Virus record (IMG/VR): IMGVR_UViG_3300038315_001276
Length of the DNA stretch: 20,000 nt
Origin: an uncultured virus (IMG/VR IMGVR_UViG_3300038315_001276)
Lineage: Duplodnaviria > Heunggongvirae > Uroviricota > Caudoviricetes
Strand: one strand, 5' to 3'
Each line of letters opens with the position of its first letter. Position 1 is the first letter of the stretch. The notes beneath the pieces are model-generated. The model saw only the letters and a program-made list of their open reading frames with translations, was not told the origin of the DNA and ran no database searches. The position numbers and the translations under genes were made by a program. Shown piece by piece: positions 7,272 to 14,681 of the stretch.

Positions 7272-8120
7272 TTACTTCTTCGCCACCTGCGCCAAAAAGG
7301 CTTTGGCGGTCGCGTTTGGCTGGCCGTCTTCCAGCATCGAGGGGGGGCACTGGCCGCGTTGCAGCATCCGCCGCGCGCTATCCGTCAGCGTCGACCAATC
7401 CAGGACACCGCCAGCGTCACCAGCGTCCATGAAGGCTTCCCACCCTGGCGCATTCAGCCAAGGCAGCGGCCCTTTGAGAAATTGGAGGTCAGTGACCGAG
7501 GCGATGTAGCGGCGCGCGGCGTTGTTCAGCGCGGCAGGCGAGATCGCGTCAGCCTTTTTGTGTTCGCCCTTGCAGGCTTTGAAATACACTTTGCAGCAGT
7601 CTGACTTCTGAGTTTTCCGATTGTGCTTAGGCCAGATAGTTTCCCAGAACTCTTTGAACCCTTCACCGATCAGATCGTTCGTTCTATCTGGTGGTGTCTG
7701 TTCGCTAAGATCAGGGAAAAGGTCATCCCCCCTTTGGGGGCTAGGGGGTTGTTCATTTCCAAGGTTATTTATTACAGGGTTATGGGGGTCGCATTTTGCA
7801 ACAGGGGGCTGTTGCGTTTTGCAACAGGGGCTGTTGCGTTTTGCAACAGGGGTCAGGTGCAGTTTATAGGCCGTGCTGGTCTGGCTTCCGTTCTCCCGCA
7901 AACGCTGGTGACGCGAGATAAGCCCCATACCCTCAAGTGCTTCTAAATGCCGGATAATCGTGCTCCGGTTCATCTCACATTCTTGCTCAAGCGTTTTCAG
8001 GCTTGGAAAGCAAAGCTCTGTCTCGCTGTTGTGATGATCTGCCAGCCAATACAGCACGATCTTAGTCGCGGGCTTCATGCCTGTCTGTGTCATGGCAAGC
8101 GCGGTCATATAGTGGCTCAT
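7272..8120 (-). CDS. Phage replication initiator (N-terminal winged HTH, HTH_36-like)
   Basis: KIVLYWLADHHN...CFPSLKTLEQECEMNRSTIIRHLEALEGMGLISR; internal iterons; C-terminal FKEFWETIWPK...PLPWLN; start re-called to 8120 (ATGA overlap with the RuvC-like gene). Confidence 0.85.
   Translation of the reverse strand: MSHYMTALAMTQTGMKPATKIVLYWLADHHNSETELCFPSLKTLEQECEMNRSTIIRHLEALEGMGLISRHQRLRENGSQTSTAYKLHLTPVAKRNSPCCKTQQPPVAKCDPHNPVINNLGNEQPPSPQRGDDLFPDLSEQTPPDRTNDLIGEGFKEFWETIWPKHNRKTQKSDCCKVYFKACKGEHKKADAISPAALNNAARRYIASVTDLQFLKGPLPWLNAPGWEAFMDAGDAGGVLDWSTLTDSARRMLQRGQCPPSMLEDGQPNATAKAFLAQVAKK
7791..7852. repeat. Replication-origin iterons within the initiator gene
   Basis: Three tandem copies of GC(A/G)TTTTGCAACAGGGG starting at 7791, 7814 and 7836 (periods 23 and 22 bp), forming TGTTGC-N5-GCAACA dyads, next to an AT-rich tract (about 7753-7783). 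Confidence 0.8.
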
Positions 8121-8641
8121 TTGAAGAGGCCTCCTACAGGTTTTGCTTGGAAATTCGGGACGTGAGTGGCGCATGCCCAATCCCACGTCGCAGCTGCGTC
8201 AGCCGCATCGAGGTCGGGAATTTCCCACCCCATCAGCTCGGCCCGCTGCTTGACCAATTTCTTGATCTCGATCTTGGCCTTGGCTTGTTTCATGCCGGGG
8301 AAGTCGCGCGAGGTGTACGCCTTCCCCAAGAAGTGCTTGCGCACCGTGGCGGGGAAAACCAGCTCGCAGGACACCGCTCTGTTGAACGCACAGCCCCGCA
8401 CGCACGCCACCAGCCCAATCAGGTAGGCCGAGGCGTTCTTGCCCCCGATAAACGCCTCACAGATGATTAAATCGGGCTCATGCGTGACGATCAGGCCGTG
8501 GGTCAGCTTGAGGATTTCAGAAAACCGATAGTCTTCCGTCAGCCCCTCGCCCAGATCCACGGACCAGCACTGCGGATCACGACCGGCTGAGCCGACCGCA
8601 ATCCCTGTGTGCGTTGCAATATCGAGGGCAAGGATCTTCAT
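8117..8641 (-). CDS. RuvC-like Holliday junction resolvase
   Basis: ILALDIATHTGIAV, PDLIICE, PATVRKHFLG, DLDAADAAA supply the RuvC acidic residues. Confidence 0.8.
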   Translation of the reverse strand: MKILALDIATHTGIAVGSAGRDPQCWSVDLGEGLTEDYRFSEILKLTHGLIVTHEPDLIICEAFIGGKNASAYLIGLVACVRGCAFNRAVSCELVFPATVRKHFLGKAYTSRDFPGMKQAKAKIEIKKLVKQRAELMGWEIPDLDAADAAATWDWACATHVPNFQAKPVGGLFK

Positions 8642-8937
8642 AGGACGGCAGCCGCCCCGCCTGGAAGGTTTTGCTTCATCGCATTCAGCTTCTCTGCGCT
8701 GCGAACCTTCTTGGCGTGCCCCCGCTCCAATGCCCGCCGCTGCTGGCGTGTGAAGACAGGAAGGTCAGGGATGGACTGGTTGGCTTTGAGCTTCGCCTTG
8801 AGGCGCTTTGCCGCCCGATCTGCACCCTGCCCGCCCTTGGGCTTGGGACCAGACCGTGGCGCAGGGGCATACCCGATACTGCCAATGCTACCCGCGAGCA
8901 GGGTCAGCGCCGATGACAACAAACCGATGCGCTTCAC
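8638..8937 (-). CDS. Small basic hypothetical protein (99 aa) with an arginine-rich motif
   Basis: Overlaps both neighbours by 4 nt; hydrophobic N-terminus, K/R-rich body, TRQQRRALER. Confidence 0.65.
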   Translation of the reverse strand: MKRIGLLSSALTLLAGSIGSIGYAPAPRSGPKPKGGQGADRAAKRLKAKLKANQSIPDLPVFTRQQRRALERGHAKKVRSAEKLNAMKQNLPGGAAAVL

Positions 8938-9446
8938 GATTTCACCCCACCGAAGTTGATAGGTGTCACCGTCGCGCTGGCCTGCTTGTCGAAGTCTTCG
9001 GCATCGGCGGCCAATTCAGGATCACCCTTGGCAGGCGCGTCCGCTTTGGCTTTGGGCTTTTCAGTCTTGGGCTTTGTCGCGGTTTTCGCTGGTGCCTGCT
9101 TTGGCTCGGGCTCACCAAGCGACATCTCAACCGTGCCCTGCCCGCCGACATGCGATTCCAGCATGGGAATGATTGTCTTGAGCGACCGGATCACATCCAT
9201 CGCCTTCGCCTGACCGTCTTTCTTCGGCAGCTTCTTGAGGATCGTCTTACCCCACGAAAACGCCTGAGTGTTCAGACCCGTCTTATCGATGAAAGCATTG
9301 ACCTTGGCCGCGCTCTCGCTGGCATCGGACCCGCGCGCATGTTCCTCGCGCATCCGTGCTTCCATTTGATCGATCAGTTCATCATGCTCGACCTGCGGCC
9401 CGTCGAATGCTTCGCGCACCGCTTGCCCTTCTGACTTTTTCGCCAT
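8934..9446 (-). CDS. Hypothetical protein (170 aa), possibly GapR/UPF0335-like DNA-binding
   Basis: Start re-called to ATG 9446 with RBS AAGGAG; helical core KVNAFIDKTGLNTQAFSWGKTILKKL, then a K/A/P-rich tail. Family assignment is tentative. Confidence 0.7.
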   Translation of the reverse strand: MAKKSEGQAVREAFDGPQVEHDELIDQMEARMREEHARGSDASESAAKVNAFIDKTGLNTQAFSWGKTILKKLPKKDGQAKAMDVIRSLKTIIPMLESHVGGQGTVEMSLGEPEPKQAPAKTATKPKTEKPKAKADAPAKGDPELAADAEDFDKQASATVTPINFGGVKS

Positions 9447-9459
9447 TTGGCTACTCCTT

Positions 9460-9483
9460 AGAAAACGCCGGATACGCCCCGGC
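9460..9483 (-). terminator. Possible weak intrinsic terminator (tR-like)
   Basis: Minus strand GCCGGG-GCGTA-TCCGGC followed by GTTTTCT, immediately before the RBS of the 9446 gene; U-tract is short. Confidence 0.4.
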
Positions 9484-9583
9484 TTGCGATCTGATGCCCT
9501 CGATCGGCAGCTCGGCACTGACGCCAGAGTTGCAATTCAGCCCCAGACAGATTGAATGGGCAGAACACATCGGAGGGATGGAT

Positions 9584-9799
9584 ATGATTAGAGCTGTGAT
9601 TTTGACCGGAAGCCTCGCCTTGGCCGCTTGCGAACCTGCTAAGACCCCGGAGGGATGCCCCATCATGATTAGCGATATGGGGCGCACTCTTATGGAGAGC
9701 TGCATTTCCAGCTATCACGCTGAGAAGGCACGCCTTGAGGGCAGGACAGTCACGACCTGCCGAACGGTGGGCGGCACGACCACTTGCGTTGACGGCTGA
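9584..9799 (+). CDS. Small lipoprotein (71 aa), antisense to the replication operon
   Basis: RBS GGAGGG at 9572-9577; MIRAVILTGSLALAAC signal peptide with an LAAC lipobox; four further Cys; C-terminal TTCRTVGGTTTC. Confidence 0.8.
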   Translation: MIRAVILTGSLALAACEPAKTPEGCPIMISDMGRTLMESCISSYHAEKARLEGRTVTTCRTVGGTTTCVDG

Positions 9800-9804
9800 T
9801 ACAT

Positions 9805-10239
9805 TCATTGATCACCGTCAGAGATTTTCTTGAAACGGAAAGCCTCTAGCGGGATGTCCAGACCGTCAGCATTCTCGACAATCATGCGATACCACTTGCT
9901 GCCAAAAGTGCCCTGAACCTTTGCAAAGCGAAGGCAGCTCTTAGTCATGCCGAGGTGATCTAGAAAAAAGCTATCGCCCAGGTGCGCGGCGATCCGCTTC
10001 GCGTGGTTATCGACCTTGTGCACGCGGTTGTGGATCGGGCGTTCGTTCTGGATTGCAGTGCGCTCTGCTTGCTCTGCATCAGATCGCCTATCGAACCAAA
10101 TGGTTGAAACATCATTGATCTGATCCCGCCAGTCAGACGCTTTCAGATGCTGGCGCAGGCGAGCTGCTGGTGCGGTCGTAATTCCGACGTAGAGAAGCGC
10201 GCCGCTCTTATCGAAATGACGGTACAAAGCGCAGGTCAT
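9805..10239 (-). CDS. GIY-YIG nuclease domain fused to a Cro-like C-terminal domain
   Basis: ALYRHFDKSGALLYVGIT...RLRQH...AE..AI..E.P.HN is a GIY-YIG signature; the last ~60 aa align by eye with the adjacent Cro. Confidence 0.8.
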   Translation of the reverse strand: MTCALYRHFDKSGALLYVGITTAPAARLRQHLKASDWRDQINDVSTIWFDRRSDAEQAERTAIQNERPIHNRVHKVDNHAKRIAAHLGDSFFLDHLGMTKSCLRFAKVQGTFGSKWYRMIVENADGLDIPLEAFRFKKISDGDQ

Positions 10240-10520
10240 TGCTGCGCCTCGTTATTTTTATTTTTATCGACTTCTTGAAAGCACACGCCAGAGTTAGCAT
10301 TTTGCTTATTACGGGACTTAGGCTCCCAACGAAACAGATGCTCAGGAACGTCGATTTGATTTGCTACACACCAATCTCTCACCTTGAGGAACCAATGCGC
10401 AGGCATGAGTTCGTCATTGAGAGCTCGGGTAACGAGCTGGGTCGACACATCTATCGCGTCTTGAAACCGCTTACGCCCGACTTGGTTCAGGAATTCTGAG
10501 AATGTGATGGGTTTTTTCAT
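10236..10520 (-). CDS. Cro-like regulator (94 aa)
   Basis: First gene of the replication operon, divergent from the repressor; GRKRFQDAIDVSTQLVTRA HTH-like, MPAHWF; start re-called to 10520. Confidence 0.75.
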   Translation of the reverse strand: MKKPITFSEFLNQVGRKRFQDAIDVSTQLVTRALNDELMPAHWFLKVRDWCVANQIDVPEHLFRWEPKSRNKQNANSGVCFQEVDKNKNNEAQQ

Positions 10521-10527
10521 GAAAGGA

Positions 10528-10605
10528 ATACTACGCAAGTTGCGTAGTAAGTAAATACGCAAAATGTTCAGTGCAGAAATTCAGCAATTCTCTATACTCG
10601 CGCCC
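10528..10605. promoter_or_regulatory. OR region: two operators and divergent PR/PRM-like promoters
   Basis: Palindrome TACTACGCAA-G-TTGCGTAGTA (10529-10549); second site AATACGCAAAATGTTCAGT (10554-10572), offset 24 bp. Minus-strand -10 TAGTAT lies 7 nt before the cro ATG; plus-strand TATACT (10593-10598) lies 7 nt before ATG 10606. Confidence 0.8.
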
Positions 10606-10866
10606 ATGATAACACACACGGACGATAGCCGGGATGCCGTGGCCGCGAGACTTAAGCGGGCAAGGGAAATCCTAGACTTGAGCAAGAAAGAGTTTGCTGA
10701 GCGTGCAGGCATTTCTATGCAAACCTATGGACCGTTCGAAAACGGCCATAGGGATCTGTCTCTGCAAAGCGCAAAGTTGCTTCGCAAAACTTACGGCTTG
10801 ACCTTAGAGTATTTATACTTCGGCAACATCGAAGATTTGCCTACTAGGATCTCAAGACATTTGTGA
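10606..10866 (+). CDS. CI-like prophage repressor, XRE HTH only (86 aa)
   Basis: RLKRAREILDLSKKEFAERAGISMQTYGPFENG...YGLTLEYLYFG; flanked by operators on both sides; no S24 peptidase domain; start re-called to 10606. Confidence 0.85.
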   Translation: MITHTDDSRDAVAARLKRAREILDLSKKEFAERAGISMQTYGPFENGHRDLSLQSAKLLRKTYGLTLEYLYFGNIEDLPTRISRHL

Positions 10867-10961
10867 TCCAGCCCTCGCGTAAATTCTTCCCAGAAATCTA
10901 GGGACCATCCCGAATTTTCGCGGGCTTTCTTCAATAATTTCAGTCTGTATTCGTCAGTCAT
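10791..10961 (-). CDS. Unannotated 56-aa ORF overlapping the repressor 3' end convergently
   Basis: GAGGG RBS then ATG 10961; MTDEYRLKLLKKARENSGWSLDFWEEFTRGLDHKCLEILVGKSSMLPKYKYSKVKP; below the ORF-track length range. Confidence 0.55.
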   Translation of the reverse strand: MTDEYRLKLLKKARENSGWSLDFWEEFTRGLDHKCLEILVGKSSMLPKYKYSKVKP

Positions 10962-11038
10962 AAATCCCTCAAGCGATAAATAAGGTAGCCAAACTACTTT
11001 AAGAGCGAGAATTTGGTAGTTCTAGCGCCCTTAAACAA

Positions 11039-11093
11039 ACTACGCAAATTGTTTATTTTTAATCTTGTACTACGCAAATTGTTTAGCTAACCT
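11039..11093 (+). promoter_or_regulatory. OL region: two operators and a PL-like promoter
   Basis: Exact 17-bp direct repeat ACTACGCAAATTGTTTA at 11039 and 11069, matching the OR half-site; TTGTAC(11065)-N17-TAACCT(11088) with the second operator filling the spacer. Confidence 0.8.
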
Positions 11094-11111
11094 CTTTTTC
11101 ATCAACGGGAG

Positions 11112-11351
11112 ATGAAAATGAGTTTACGTGAAGACATGGAGGCCCTGAGCGCTGCTCAAGCGCGCGGCCCGAACAACGCTAAATTCCACATTCACGCTGA
11201 GCGCGCCGCGACCATGATGTCGCCGAGCGAGTATGCTCGTGTCAAAGCCGAGGAAGAGGCCGCACGGGCGGCACCTGACCCTTGGCCGTCTGATCCCTCC
11301 GCAAAGCCGATCTACAGCACGTATGGCTGGCTTACGGCGCGGGGGGAATGA
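11112..11351 (+). CDS. Hypothetical protein (79 aa), first gene of the PL operon
   Basis: Directly downstream of the PL-like promoter, GGGAG RBS, ATGA overlap with the next gene. Confidence 0.7.
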   Translation: MKMSLREDMEALSAAQARGPNNAKFHIHAERAATMMSPSEYARVKAEEEAARAAPDPWPSDPSAKPIYSTYGWLTARGE

Positions 11352-11692
11352 GGATGACCCAGACCCTCACCACCCAAGATATGCGCGGCGCTATGCCCGC
11401 CACAGATACCGTGACCTCCCGCACGGTAGGCAGTCGGGGGGCGGATGCCTCACCCGATCACACTCCTCGACTGCACCAGATTTACTACGAGTTTTCGGAC
11501 GCGGTGATTGAGGCGCGTCACATGACGTCTGCCGAGGTCGAGCGTCAAGCGTCGGCTCGGTCGCTGAATGCCCTCCAGATGTTGCTCTGCGCGGTTGCGC
11601 TGGCTTTCGCCGGCGGCATCGGCGCGGCCATCGCTGGCAAGGGCATCGCAAACCTCGCCCACTTCAATGTTAATTTTTCCACCCAAAACTGA
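11348..11692 (+). CDS. Hypothetical protein with a C-terminal hydrophobic segment
   Basis: LQMLLCAVALAFAGGIGAAIAG is a likely transmembrane helix; coupled to the upstream ORF. Confidence 0.65.
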   Translation: MRMTQTLTTQDMRGAMPATDTVTSRTVGSRGADASPDHTPRLHQIYYEFSDAVIEARHMTSAEVERQASARSLNALQMLLCAVALAFAGGIGAAIAGKGIANLAHFNVNFSTQN

Positions 11693-11702
11693 GGACACAA
11701 AC

Positions 11703-12737
11703 ATGGCCGATCCAGCACAAGACACCACCGACGAAACCACAGGCACAGACCTGATCCAGATCCCGCACAAGGACGAGGTGCCCGCCCTGTTCGCTAAGGA
11801 AGGCGGCATCGAGGCCTTGGTCAGTTCTATTAAAGAAGCGGTGCGCACTTTCGATACAGACATCAGTACCGCCGCCGGCCGAAAAGCCGCAAAAGCACTG
11901 GCTGCCAAGATTTCACGGTCGAAGACGTTGATCGATGACGTTGGTAAAGAGCTGAACGAAGAGCGCAACCGCCAGAACAAGGAGGTGAACGCCAAGCGGA
12001 ACTACGCGAAGGCAGAGCTCGACCAGTTGCGCGACGAAACGAAGGCCCCCGTCGAAGCATGGGAAGCCGAACAAGCCGAACGCAAACGCCAGTTCCTACT
12101 GCGCCTCGATGTGTTCGACCTTGAGCGCGCCACGTCCAGCGACGACACGGCGACCATCCAAGGCATCATCGACCAGATCACAGGCACCGCCATCGATGAC
12201 AGCTGGGAAGAATACGAGGCCGACGCCAAGAGCGCGAAGGCAGCCGCCCTGGTCAAGTATGAGAGCGACCTCGCCATTGCGAAGGTGCGCGAGGAGCAAG
12301 CGGCCGAGCTGGAAGCCCTGCGCGCCGAGAAGGCCGAACGTGATGCGGCAGAGGCCAAGCGCGCCGAGCAAGAGCGGATCGCCAAAGAAGAACAGGAACG
12401 CGAGCAGCGTGCAGCAGAGCGGGAAAAAGCCGCCGCTGCAGAGGCAGAGGCGCGTGCAAAAGCGGACGCAGAAGCCGCCGAGCAACGCCATGCCGAGCGC
12501 CTTGCCGCCGCCAAGCGCGAAGCCGAAGAAGCCGCCCAGAAAGAGCGCGACCGGATCGCGGCCGAGCAGAAGGCCGAAGAGGAAGCCGCCGCTGCCCGCG
12601 CCGCCGATAAGAAGTACCGCCAGAAGATCCGCACCGAGATCGTCAACTCCATCACAGCAGCAGCCCCCGGCAATTGGGAAGAGCTGGTGGACATGATGAT
12701 CGTTGGCGAGATCGAGCATGTGAAGGTGGTGATCTGA
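11703..12737 (+). CDS. Phage coiled-coil protein (family often annotated 'TolA-like')
   Basis: RBS GAGGAC, start re-called to 11703; DISTAAGRKAAKALAAKISRSKTLIDDVGKEL motif and a long A/E/K/R coiled coil; ends GEIEHVKVVI. Confidence 0.85.
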   Translation: MADPAQDTTDETTGTDLIQIPHKDEVPALFAKEGGIEALVSSIKEAVRTFDTDISTAAGRKAAKALAAKISRSKTLIDDVGKELNEERNRQNKEVNAKRNYAKAELDQLRDETKAPVEAWEAEQAERKRQFLLRLDVFDLERATSSDDTATIQGIIDQITGTAIDDSWEEYEADAKSAKAAALVKYESDLAIAKVREEQAAELEALRAEKAERDAAEAKRAEQERIAKEEQEREQRAAEREKAAAAEAEARAKADAEAAEQRHAERLAAAKREAEEAAQKERDRIAAEQKAEEEAAAARAADKKYRQKIRTEIVNSITAAAPGNWEELVDMMIVGEIEHVKVVI

Positions 12738-13474
12738 TGGACCTCATTCTGCCAAAGCTAATCCGCGTCATCGACTATGAGACAACCGGCACTCAGGACG
12801 ACGAGAGCGCTGAGATTATCGAGTTTGGACGTATCGATGTCGATCTGGATACGCTGGACATCATTAACCCTTGGACGTCGTTAGCCAAACCATCTGGGCC
12901 AATCCCTCCTGTGACTATGGCCGTGCACCATATCACAGATGCAGATGTCGAAGACGCGCCAAAGCGAGGCGATCTGTGGAAGCCGTTTTGGGACGGCTGT
13001 GGTCAAGGCGACATCGCCGCGGCGCATAACGCCAAGTTCGAGCAGCATTTCCATGCCGGAAACGGGCGCAAGTGGATTTGCACATATAAATCCGCATTGG
13101 TTGTTTGGCCTGATGCCCCAAGCCACGGAAACCAGGCGCTACGCTACTGGCTCGACGTTGATCGCAAGCATATCGACTTTGAAAAGGATCGCGCAGATCC
13201 GCCTCACCGTGCGCTCCCAGATGCCTATGTTACGGCTCACATTCTGGTCGAACTACTAAAGCACAAGACGCCAGAAGAGCTGGTGCAGATTTCCAGCTAT
13301 CCAGCCCTCCTGAACACGCTTCGTTTCGGCAAGCACAAGGGTATGAGGTTTGAAGAAGCCCCAGCAGATTACCTGCACTGGATCCGCGATAAGTCTGATC
13401 TTGATGAAGACACAAAGTTCTCCGCGAAATACTGGCTGAAACGCCGCGCAAATGCGGAAGGCGGTGCGTCATGA
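12737..13474 (+). CDS. DEDDh 3'-5' exonuclease, ExoX-like
   Basis: VIDYETTG, AHNAKFE, HRALPDAYVT; C-terminal LRFGKHKG...PADYLHW; TGATG overlap at 12735-12739. Confidence 0.9.
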   Translation: MDLILPKLIRVIDYETTGTQDDESAEIIEFGRIDVDLDTLDIINPWTSLAKPSGPIPPVTMAVHHITDADVEDAPKRGDLWKPFWDGCGQGDIAAAHNAKFEQHFHAGNGRKWICTYKSALVVWPDAPSHGNQALRYWLDVDRKHIDFEKDRADPPHRALPDAYVTAHILVELLKHKTPEELVQISSYPALLNTLRFGKHKGMRFEEAPADYLHWIRDKSDLDEDTKFSAKYWLKRRANAEGGAS

Positions 13475-13713
13475 CCGACATTCTGGAAGCAGATTGGGCT
13501 GAAACCTTGCCTGATGGCGACGAAGGCGCGCGATATTACAAAGTGGGAAAACCAATATCGGCGCTTTCCCCAATGTGGATATGCACCCGCATTACCGTTC
13601 AGACAGATGAACCTGGACTGCACGGATACATGCGGCGCGTGTGTATCTGGAAGGGGGAAACTCTAGCAGTCGAATTCCCTTTCATCTCTGCAGGCGCAGT
13701 GGGGTATCTCTGA
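13471..13713 (+). CDS. Hypothetical protein (80 aa)
   Basis: Fills the gap with start/stop overlaps on both sides. Confidence 0.7.
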   Translation: MTDILEADWAETLPDGDEGARYYKVGKPISALSPMWICTRITVQTDEPGLHGYMRRVCIWKGETLAVEFPFISAGAVGYL

Positions 13714-14681
13714 TGACCTACGAGATCATCGACCTCCCAGAAGGCGAGCTGATCACTGAGCCGGGGTTCTACCGGATCAGCCTCGATCGGCACCACAACC
13801 AGCCCTGCGACGGCGTGAGCGTCACGTCAGGCGTGCTGCGCAAGATGAACAAGCACGGCCCCAGCAAAGTTTGGGCCACGCACATCCTCAACCCCAACCG
13901 GCATGAGCCTAAGCGCACGGACGCCCTGCGCCTTGGGTCTGCAATGGCAGCGTTTATCGAGGGCGGCATCGACGGCCTGAACGCTGAATACCAGACCGTT
14001 GCGGAGAACGCCCCCAACCGCCCCACCAAGGCGCAGCTGCAGGCTTTGAAGGAAGGCCGCGCCAGCAAGACAGCCCTCGCCACCATTGCTTTCTGGGAAG
14101 AGGTCGACCGTGACGGGCGCGAGGTCATCAAAGAGCATGAGCTTGAGCTGATGGCGGCAATGGGTCTGGCGCTGTCGCAAGATCCGGCAGCCTCGGCCGT
14201 GCTTGGCGGTGAACCTGAAATCACGATGGCGGCGTATGACGAACGCACGAAGCTTTGGTTTTTGTCCCGACCGGACAACATGAACTTCCAAGGCCTCATG
14301 TCCGATTATAAGAAGTGTAATACAGGCGGAGCCCCTTTTGATGGCTACTTCTGCGACCGACGTATCGAAGATCACGGCTACTATTGCCAGATGGCTTTTG
14401 CCGCAGACGTTTTCGAGCGTTTGACCGGTGTTTGGTCAGATCAATCCGGACTTATTTTTCAGGAAGATACCGCGCCATATGACTGCATTCTACGCGGTCT
14501 TAGCGAGGAAGATTTGCGGTTCGGGCAATTCCTAAACAACCAGGCGGCCAGACAGTTCAGGGAATGCCTGGACGCAAACCACTGGCCGGGACCGGGCGAA
14601 GTCGTCGGCATGTTCCATATGAGGGAAGAGCGTCGTCTTGCCTTGCTTGAGCAGATGCAGACAGCGGGGTTAGCGCCATGA
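13713..14681 (+). CDS. RecE/exonuclease VIII-like PD-(D/E)XK nuclease (DUF3799-like)
   Basis: ITEPGFY, ALRLGSA, GEPEIT, SRPD...SDYK, GYYCQMAF, CLDANHWPGP; upstream of recT; start re-called to 13713. Confidence 0.85.
   Translation: MTYEIIDLPEGELITEPGFYRISLDRHHNQPCDGVSVTSGVLRKMNKHGPSKVWATHILNPNRHEPKRTDALRLGSAMAAFIEGGIDGLNAEYQTVAENAPNRPTKAQLQALKEGRASKTALATIAFWEEVDRDGREVIKEHELELMAAMGLALSQDPAASAVLGGEPEITMAAYDERTKLWFLSRPDNMNFQGLMSDYKKCNTGGAPFDGYFCDRRIEDHGYYCQMAFAADVFERLTGVWSDQSGLIFQEDTAPYDCILRGLSEEDLRFGQFLNNQAARQFRECLDANHWPGPGEVVGMFHMREERRLALLEQMQTAGLAP

Noticed and set aside
7791..7852. Tandem repeats as a CRISPR array or VNTR
   Set aside because: No unique spacers and no cas genes; position within the initiator next to an AT-rich tract fits iterons.
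10962..11110. Alphaproteobacterial LexA box (GTTC-N7-GTTC) or CtrA box (TTAA-N7-TTAA) controlling induction
   Set aside because: Only single half-sites seen (GTTC at 11019, TTAA at 11031); no correctly spaced partner.
12002..12719. Long overlapping ORFs (230, 207 and 195 aa) across the coiled-coil gene
   Set aside because: Alternative-frame shadows caused by GC-rich Ala/Glu/Arg codon bias; low-complexity translations with no RBS.
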